Source: Botryllus schlosseri (Eukaryota). Taken from it: a stretch of 64,000 nt of DNA. The notes under the pieces were generated by a model. The model worked only from the letters and a program-made list of their open reading frames with translations. It did not search any database and was not told where the DNA came from. Every line of letters begins with the position of its first letter. The first letter of the stretch is position 1. Both the position numbers and the translations under genes were made by a program. Shown here in pieces: positions 23,616-32,263 of the stretch. Location of the stretch: contig CM119372.1 of assembly GCA_051294905.1 (NCBI GenBank), positions 29,948,001 through 30,012,000 of the forward strand, written 5' to 3'.

Positions 23616-23776
23616 TCATTTCAATATGAATATACTATTTAATTGTATATTGAAGTTCTGTACCTCCAAGAAGCTCTTCAAGTAGTTGTTAATGTAGACG
23701 CAATACTCTCCGATGTATATGCAGACGTTCGTGGCGTAGGAGTTGTTGTATCAGTTGTTAACTTGATTGTGTATCG

Positions 23777-25271
23777 CAGCGGTTCTCAACCGGGGGTCCG
23801 CGGACCCCTAGGGGTCCGCGAAGCAATTTCAGGGGGTCCGCGAGACCTCTAAATTTTTAAAATGGCTGATCACGCATAATCTTCGTTTTATTTTTTAATT
23901 TGAGAAAGCAGTAGGCAGTTTCGCACCACAACTGCTAAAACCTCATGACTCATATCATCATCATAATCGTCTGACATGAACTATCGTAGTGCGGAAATTC
24001 ATTTTTATTGCCAATTTTCCAATAACCTGCTGATACATACGTATTGCTGTTTAGAGACGTTCTGTTGGGGTTTGTGAAAAAAAATAAAAATATGGAGATA
24101 GTAACGTCCATCAGGGTGACTTCTTAGTGTCTGCGAAACCTTCTCGATTTGAAGTTGTCAGTCTCATCAAATTAGTGAACAGTGGTTTGAAATAAAAATT
24201 TCCGAAGTATTTCCCTAATTGGTCCCAATGTAGGGATTGAAACCTCGCCACGAAATCCATTTTATCCTGTGATATACCTAACCACTATTTGAACAGCTTC
24301 TTGGAGGTACAGGACTTCAATATAGAATTGTATAGTATAGTCATATTGAAATGAATCCGATTATTTTCAGCTGACACTCGTCATTAATCGGACAATGATA
24401 TACTTGTTCTTAAAGCTCGGCTATCAGATTTGGCGCATTCTTCTTGCGGATGCCCTATCTTCAAGGCAAATTTTTCGATGCGCAAGGAGTGTTTCGTTGC
24501 TATCAAAGCATTACGCCCCAACCCTGAAATTCATATCACCAGTTATATTGGTACGCAGCCTTGTCTTGTTAATGTTCAATTGTTCATGGTCGAAAATGTT
24601 TGCTCGTAAATATATAAGTAAACCCGAACAGAACAAGTCGTTTCATGACAGTCCTTCTCAGGTTGGAAAACTTGGATCCATTCTTTGGCGCATAAAATTT
24701 GTAGATTAGATTAGATTAGGATTTCACTTTGACGGTAGAAACTCTCTGCAAATCGATCAAAATGCCATCGCGGACCGAATCCGGCCTGTGGTCCGAATGT
24801 TGCCCGTCCCTGCGCTAGATGCTGGACGTGATATGTTCATAAAATATATGTTTCTTCATTTTGTTGCCATAAATGTTGCGATCCCACCAAAAGTATCGTC
24901 GGAAGCGTCATGCGTTAATATTGCATTAGCCTCCATCTACCTTTGCGGAAATGGTTTTTGGCACTCCTCGTTTCATATCAAAACAAAGACGCGGATTTTC
25001 AAGACACGACCACGTACTTCAAGAAACACAGCAGCAAAATTAGATTTGAAATAATAAAAGTCTACCAATTTCTACATAAATAGTATGATGTTATTTTCAA
25101 GAAAAATCAATATTTTGCTGTTTATCACAAGCCTATAAAGTTCATAATTGCACAAAACAAATGAAGGTCGCACCATAATAGAGCTAAAATTGAACTAAAT
25201 CTTGAGGGGGTCCGCGAGGGTCCGTGACGGTCAAAAGGGGTCCGCGAAGCCAAAAAGGTTGAGAACCACTG
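23777..25271. mobile_element. Non-autonomous hAT-type element (TIR CAGYGGTTCTCAACC)
   Basis: TIRs, GGGGTCCGCG subterminal repeats, perfect 8-bp TSD GTGTATCG (23769..23776, 25272..25279); related copy at 43264..45434. Confidence 0.92.
24290..24383 (-). repeat. Diverged solo Penelope pLTR/tail fragment nested in the MITE
   Basis: Reverse-complement match to 23587..23680 with several mismatches; absent from the related MITE at 43264. Confidence 0.75.
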
Positions 25272-27532
25272 GTGTATCGACTCCCTGTAGTCAAGGTTGG
25301 AGTTTCAGTCGTTGATAACGCAATTGTAGTTCCAATAATATTTGTGGAAGTCGTAGTATCAGCAACGGGTACAGGCTTTCTTCTTAGAGAACTGTCATAC
25401 TCGCCGTCTGCGTCATAATAGTCATAGTAGTAATTTCCAGGTTCTCGATAATTAGTATAGTTGTCATATCCATCATAGCTAAATCCCTCGTAATCTTCAA
25501 TACTATCATAATTATAACGTTTAACATCGTATTGATCCGTCCTTCTTACACCTCCCTCAGTGTTTGTGATGGTTTCCACCGTTCTCATTGTTGGTTCTTG
25601 ACTCATTCCGATAGGAGTGAAATTATACAATGTACCAGACTCGCTATTGGGAGCCGCCCTTCGAGTGGTCCCTTCATGACTGACGGGCCTTGTTGTTATT
25701 ACTTTTGCAGTACTTAATGGCCTTGCGGAGTTTGTTTTTATTTTGGTATTTTCCTTATAGGCATAAGGTGTATATAGCAATATTCCCGCACATATTATAG
25801 CTTTGTAGGCAACACTAGGTCGGAATAGCCGTATATCACGAAGCTGTGCCCCTCTCAATTTGCGCGTTGACATGTAGCTCAATAACCCATTATTTATCCT
25901 ACTCAGTTTCCGTTGCGTCAATGCTGACCCCAGTTCCTGACTTAAAGATTCCATTTCAGCGATTGTTGTAGATCTTTCCAGTCTCTCTAGATTTTTTCGC
26001 TTTTTATATATGGGAAGAGACAACTGGCGTAAACGCCTTTTCGTTACTTCTACATAAAACATTCCTAGGCGGGCTAGATAATATTCAATATTTCTTGTGT
26101 TTTGTCCATTGTTTTCAAATGATGCAGTCAGAACGAAGTTGCCTAATCTCCCGGGTTGTTTACAATAGGGTAGATTCTTGGGCCATGCTTTAAGCGAAGA
26201 TTCTTGACCTGAAGGTCTCGGGGATGCAATTTGTAATCGACCATTGTTATGATCTGCATACACGGGTTGATTTGTGTATGGATCATATAACACGTCCTTG
26301 AAGACCAAGGCCGTTTTCAGATTTCCTATTGTATTTCGACAGACTTTTCTATTCTTTTTGCGTTCACATTCCAGGCTACCTTGTAACAATGTCGGAAAAT
26401 TATTCGTCCCCATTATCCGTAGAGTTTCGTTATTTAGATGTTCACGAAGGGCATAAACCCTTAACCTGAACCATGTGTGACCGTCAAAGTTCGCTGGTCT
26501 TTCTCTGGGGCCTGTCTCATTGCGAGCTTTCAGCCATACTATATCGTGTTGTAGCCTGGGTAACTTGACTCCCGCTGGCCATTGGCTGTAAGAATAGGTA
26601 TCTTGCATTCTTGTCCCAAGTCCTCTTATGCTATTATCTATCTCCCTGATTACAAAGTCTCTGGACAGTGTATTTACTGTAAGATTGTCTGCATAAAATA
26701 CGCATCCTGAACATTGCATTCGGCCAGTTTCTTCGTGAACACATACACTAAATTCGCCTTTGTTGATTTTCCACCCCACGATTCCTTCCGAACGCTGTTG
26801 ACACTTCGCTGTCACTGTTGCATATTGTGACAATAGATTCATTACTGATAACTTGTAAACTGTCAACAGCTGGTGTATAGTAACTTGTGGGGTCGTATTA
26901 GGAGAGATTATCCTATGAATAGCTCTCGGCACGGCCATAGGAACACGTGCTTCTCGTCCTACAACATACTTCCATGTATGTATTGATCCAAAGTCACTTT
27001 TCCGACGATATGTTGTGGTTCTGGTCAGGGCTAATAACGTAATATCGGGAGATATTCGTGATAGTTTCCGATTGCATCCACATTCTCTTTCGTATTGCCT
27101 AACATTGCTCCAAAACCGCCTCTCAGACCCTGAGGGTGCAAATAACTTATACAATTGACCATGACCCGCTCGTGTTGGACCGAATTCGGGCGTTTCTTCA
27201 TATATTGATAAATTATTTTCCGTTTCACCTATTGGCCAACTCTCATTTAATCTAAATAGTCGATTAAGGCGGATATATTTGAGACCTTGATATCGGAACG
27301 TTGTCCATCCTGTGAGGTTAAATTTGATCCTGGGCACCGCACTCATAGCGGATAGGGGCAATAATTCGCCATGAGCTTGCAGATATCTTCGGTGCAGTAT
27401 TAAGGCCACTGCCAGCACACTCCATACTTTCAGGTAACAGTTCATAGTATTATAATTAGTTAGTATATCTGTAGACTATATGATACAGTTAGATTTTATA
27501 AAAGCAAATGTTTTTGAGTACATATGTATGCA

Positions 27533-29979
27533 CTACATCCTTGTCGATTTGGCTGTTTTCAAGTAGGTAGGAGTCGATGATATGTACATTGTCAATTGGG
27601 AGTTAGTGTTCCGCCTTTGTACCTTAGATTTTAACTTGGGACAGCAGAGACTGCTATAACGAAAGCAGCAAAACAAGATGATCCCAGCCCCCAATATCAA
27701 AATCAATGGAATTAACACGGACCCCAGGCCGGAGAAAATACCACTCAATCCTTTACTGAATATTCCACCGGCCGCGCCAAGTCCATCTTGTAGTAAATCA
27801 CCCGCGCTATTTCTACCGATTTTATCAAACTGCCGGCACCGTGCGTCATTTCTTCTATAGTTTGGCCCAAGTTCTTCATAAATTCTTCACCTCCAACAAA
27901 TTCGAAGGGCTTCACTGTAATGTTCTCATATCGCCAGTGAGAAATATTCATGTACACACTCTTATTCAGATCTTCTCTCCAAACTTGTAATCCCAGATCC
28001 ACCCTCTGTTGGGCTTGATCTAGACTGATACGATTTGCACGTAGCTCCAAACCAATGTCATTCGTCTCATTGATAAAAGCGTCTCTATAGGCTGTTAATC
28101 GCTGAGCATGTTCTTTTATCCGCAATGTCCCTCGCCGAATTTTCGTGAGATATATCTTGCTGGAATCAAATATTAGTTTGCCAGTTAAGTTTGCCAATTC
28201 GTCTAAAACCAACCGATCGATGGCCAGTTCAGCTTCATTCAGTTCCTTATAGTTTTGAAAAGAGGTCAGAGAGGCTGTGGCTTGTCTTACTATCATCTGT
28301 CGGTTTCTCTCTATATACTTTTCCATTAGTACAAGACGTTTATTTACTAATGATGCCCTTACCTCCAAGGTGGCGACCGTCTGATCCAGTTTCTGTTGTT
28401 GAGCCCTTTGTAGTCGAGAAAGTTCGTTAATCTTTCTCCCTAGTGCAGTGGACCTCTGCGTGGCTTGTATCATTCTGTCATTAATCTGTCTGCTAAGATC
28501 CACTGTCTCTTCATGTAACTGGGATGAAACTGTCGCCACGACGGCTATTGCAGACACCAAGCCAAATACAAGGCATAGTAGTCCAGACAGGAACCTTTTA
28601 CGCCTTTGACGCGTGCCCCGATTGGCAATATCTCTCGATACCATGTCACCTTTAATTTCTATTGGGCCCCCTGGGAAACGTAGTCGGTTTCGTTCCGGAT
28701 CAAAGTGAATATGGTCCCAAAATGCTGCCTTCAATTCGGGTCCGCCTACCGGGTCACGGCACACCTCCTGGTTTCTTGAAATTCTATTTTTACATGCCAT
28801 GTTCGACTCAGTAAGAGAGGGAAATTTTAACCATATAGGCATGGTATCGGACTTTGATGGTACACCATCATAATGATTATCCCACCGTCCGAATCGTTCA
28901 AGTCTACGATACGAACCCCCCAAGTTCGGAAAAGACGGAAATATCCATTTAACTCTGTGAGGGAAATTTGTCATTGGTAGATCACCCCATAAAGTGACAT
29001 TTGTTCCTGGCCAGAAGTTACACGAGTGGGCTATTCTGGCATATTCATGCCACCAAGGGTCCTGGGGCCATCGGTTCTCGTAATACTCTTGGTTGACCCA
29101 TCCTCCGTGGACCCTGCATGGTATCAACGGCCGAACCTGTGACTCCCAGTCACTTACTTTAGTCATTACTACTTCTCGGATGATTATATCTGCCTTATTT
29201 GGTTCAAGGGCCGAGATTACTCCCTTAATGTCGCATCTCGTACAGATTCCTATCCTGACCCCCTTCTTTACTAGATGCCAGCATTGTGTAAAACTATTGC
29301 TACTGGCATTGTACTTGTTCAATTCTCCCATTTTTTCCATATCCCGATCTCTCATTCGCTCTTGGCGGCACAAGGCTTCAACAGCTGAATACCTTTCGAA
29401 GACTCGAAGCTTAATTAATTTAAATTTAGTCATGGCAAACATGGAGTAATTCCTTCCAAGTTCCTTGAACAAGTAAGTGTTTCCAGACCAAAACCAGCGG
29501 ATCCTATAAGGTCCTATCGGACGAATGAACGTATTTGTTTGATTAAGGACATCATAGGAAATATTAGGCGAAATTTGGCCCAGGCGCCGCTGACAGAGGC
29601 AGGTGCGTTCAAATTCTTGTACGCTTGTCCAATACCGCCCATGTGGGAACGCCATTTGTTGTAATGAAAATCGCTCAGCCACTACGTAACCAAATGACTT
29701 GCTATAAAACAACTCCGGTCGTCTATATACATGTCGCTCAGCCGTCTTATTGAAGATGCTCATCACGTGATAGTCCTCCCACTGTGTCTCATTCAAAGTC
29801 ACCCATTCCTCGGGTAGGGGTCCTCGTAGTTCACCTAGCGTCCCCTGAGTGAAAGACCGTGCTCTACTTGTTACAGAATCTGTGAGTCCGTGCATGCCTT
29901 TCGCCTCCGTATGCTGCAAGCAATCAAATGTACTATTGATACCAAAAGAGACAAGAATAAGATAAACGAAGCAGTCCAT
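27533..29979 (-). CDS. Class I viral fusion-protein-like envelope glycoprotein (~815 aa if a single 1-nt frameshift is corrected)
   Basis: Signal peptide MDCFVYLILVSFG, many N-x-S/T sites, RQRRKR furin site followed by hydrophobic FLSGLLCLVFGLVSAIAVVATV (from 28593), long heptad-like helix. The -1 frame carries DGLGAAGGIFSKGLSGIFSGLG, TM VLIPLILILGAGIILF and CC-containing tail (27533..27748). Confidence 0.85.
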
Positions 29980-30112
29980 TCTTGTGGAATTATTGGTTGT
30001 GGCCACCTCATAAGTTGGATATAATAGCGCACTAATCCTAGACTACCGTCTGTAAAAACACATGAAAAATATTTTGTCATATCCGGCCTATAACCTATAG
30101 CGGAGTTCACAG

Positions 30113-31181
30113 TTATAAACCTACAGGAGACCCGTCAAATTTGTCAAAATTATACTGTGGGTCATTGTGTATGGTGCGCAGGAGTGCCAGAAATCGGTCA
30201 ATTTTCTGATGTTGACGTTTCCACAAAAACTCCCCCACGTAATCGGCCAAAAGATGACGTGCTAAACCACGAGACCTATGTAAATGATACTTGAGCTGGC
30301 TCCAGCAACATTCCACGTCATTGGTATGGCGAGATGTCCGAGGGTCTTTAAACCAAGAAGAATGATCCACTACACCGTGTATATAACCCTTCCCCCAGCT
30401 CTCTATGCCCTTATAGGAAGGGTAGGCATCGGTCAAAATCGTGGACCCCTCTGCTACATTCTCTACTATGAGTTTTCGAAATACTTCAGCAGTCCTGTCG
30501 GCAGTTATCTCAATGAACATTTCTCCGGTAGCTTTATCTATGCCCCCGAACCCCCAAATGGCTTTAACAGCTGGTCCTTTACCCGAGGCAGCCCGGCGCT
30601 TAGCTAAGTGCGTCTCATCAATGATAACACAGCCTTCTTTACCTCCCAAACGTCGTTTATTCCTGCGAAATTCGGCAGTACAAATTTTTCGCAGTCGTCC
30701 ACACCAAGCGACAACTGAACGCTGGCTAATCTCGGCTTCATGTGCAATTTGGGTTTGCAACGCGTCATGGGCCCAAAAGTAGAATAGTATTAGCAATTTG
30801 GGAAGTTCTACCTTGCTTCTTGCGAATAGCGAGTATTTCCGTATAGTCGCCGTAGTATCGCACGGGTTGCATCGCCACCTAAATCCATCGTCACACGTCG
30901 ACGTACTCTCTTCCTTCATTATTTTTTTACATCGTTGGCATTTCATCCTTCGCACCAGCAGCCCGTGATCTCTCAGAAATAGCACACAATCTCGTGTGTT
31001 GAGTAGCGCACCCGATTCGATCAAACTCAACACATTGTATGTTCTTCCCCGCGTATCTGCGCAAGTAAGCAATACAGTATGTGTCGTCCATCAACTCTCT
31101 ACCGTCCTTTGCGGATCGGACCCCTTTTTCTCGACCTATTATATATCCTATTTCTCTCTTAGTTAGTCCCGTATTAATCAT
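30113..31181 (-). CDS. Merlin / IS1595 (ISXO2-like) DDE transposase, probably with a short 5' intron
   Basis: Zn ribbon CQRC...WRCNPC, HTH region, IIDET, WGFGGID, ILTDAYPSY, VDHS..F.DP...HTNDVECCW motifs. The long ORF lacks an ATG; ATG 31181 joins it in frame via GT (31135 or 31102) ... AG (31057). Confidence 0.9.
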
Positions 31182-31296
31182 ATGGCAGGGTTATTTTTTC
31201 ACTTGTTCCTTATAACATCTAGTGATTATTTTACCCTTATTTCAATGTACATGGACAACACTTACAATCCTACCACACACCCACTTTATGATGCAA

Positions 31297-31310
31297 CAAC
31301 TATTGCCGCC
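31297..31310 (-). other. Candidate terminus (TIR) of the Merlin-type element: GGCGGCAATAGTTG
   Basis: GG-starting motif ~130 nt upstream of the transposase ATG, at the switch from the ORF array to host-like DNA. No partner TIR found in the window. Confidence 0.4.
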
Positions 31311-31360
31311 TAGACCTCCGGGTACTTATTTCACTAGTACCAAGATTTTGAATCCAGGAT

Positions 31361-31688
31361 AGGAAAGGAAAGGACGTAGTTTATTTTTGTCCTTGATGTT
31401 TTTGCGGCATATACACCGACTCATGATATACATACACACGATCTGCGCATATGCATACCATGATTGCATGATGTGCATATGCCGCTGGACAAGGAAATGC
31501 AGATATAGCCTTTACGACTTTCTAAGTCATGCACCACCCCTCCACGCTATCCCAGTAATGCATGAGCGCCAAGCAGGGAAGCCATGGATACCAGTGTTAC
31601 TAATCAGGTCTTTGGTCTGACCCGGCCGGGAATCGAACCCACGACCTACCGATCAAGAAGCCGGGCGCTTAACCATTACGCTATCTTG
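31361..31688 (-). mobile_element. tRNA-derived SINE
   Basis: Pol III A box TAGCGTAATGG, B box GGTTCGATTCCC, body sequence, CCTTT-repeat tail. Confidence 0.8.
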
Positions 31689-32263
31689 ATCGGATAGGTA
31701 ATTCCGAGGCACTCTCCGGTAATAACTTCAGACTGGCAATCGTAGATGCTCTTAGTTACTTCCTATAGATACATATATCTGAAAGATAACTGAACTGGCA
31801 TAATACATCTTTTGACAGCTTGGTTATTTCTGTACACGTAAAATATGCCAGTTTGTTGCTATCCAACAGCAGTAATAAAAGCAAACTGCAATGTGTATTT
31901 GTATCATTGCATATACGGTGACCTGAAACTGAAGGTAAGGAGTAGGAAGTTCATGCCATGGCAATAGCCTTATCCTAGTAATTGTGATAAAGGCACTCAG
32001 CGACCATAGAAATTTCTGAACATAAGTACGTTTATTTAGCTGGATACAACGAGTAAAGCAATCTACATCAGGAATATAACCACAATTAAATACATACGAT
32101 GACACATAGACAACCTTATTTTACCACGAACAATCGAAACCATATATCTTCGACATGTCGAACTACACAGATAACACCGATATAAACACGAGATGTTGGG
32201 CTGAAACAAATCCTGAATGCTACGATGATTATTCATTCAAAGCTCCATTCGTATAAAATACTA

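Larger units (their letters stand above)
21781..23680. mobile_element. 5'-truncated Penelope-like retroelement inserted as an inverted duplication (GIY-YIG endonuclease part and pLTR)
   Basis: 900-bp inverted arms (21778..22677 and 22745..23644), 67-bp spacer, 36-bp tail (23645..23680), 13-bp TSD AGTAGTTGTTAAT (21768..21780, 23681..23693). Confidence 0.92.
20634..27445 (-). pseudogene. Type I membrane glycoprotein gene (~1131 aa: signal peptide, ectodomain paralogous to the fusion protein, Thr-rich mucin stalk, TM, basic tail) split by two insertions; segments 25272..27445, 23681..23768 and 20634..21767
   Basis: Removing the MITE (8-bp TSD) and the Penelope insertion (13-bp TSD) gives 2174+88+1134=3396 nt with no stop at the junctions (...GSRYT-IKLTTDTTT...ASTLTTT-GITPYTRRLTSAII...). 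TM is YALIFAVSVTAMVGCMYLGY; AATAAA follows the stop. Confidence 0.9.

Noticed and set aside
891..29979. The env gene belongs to the Gypsy element (errantivirus-like retrovirus)
   Set aside because: The Gypsy element is closed by its own LTRs and TSD at 603..5446, more than 22 kb from the env gene, and is a secondary insertion.
30007..30112. Second Merlin TIR just downstream of the transposase
   Set aside because: No inverted match to 31297..31310 or to other sequence upstream of the transposase was seen.
30113..31072. Bacterial IS1595 or prokaryotic contamination
   Set aside because: The context is eukaryotic (SINEs, spliced genes, LTR elements) and the gene probably has an intron; Merlin is the eukaryotic branch of this family.
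31615..31688. tRNA gene
   Set aside because: A and B boxes are present, but I could not fold a proper acceptor stem and the sequence continues into a SINE body and tail. The same applies to 45881..45944.
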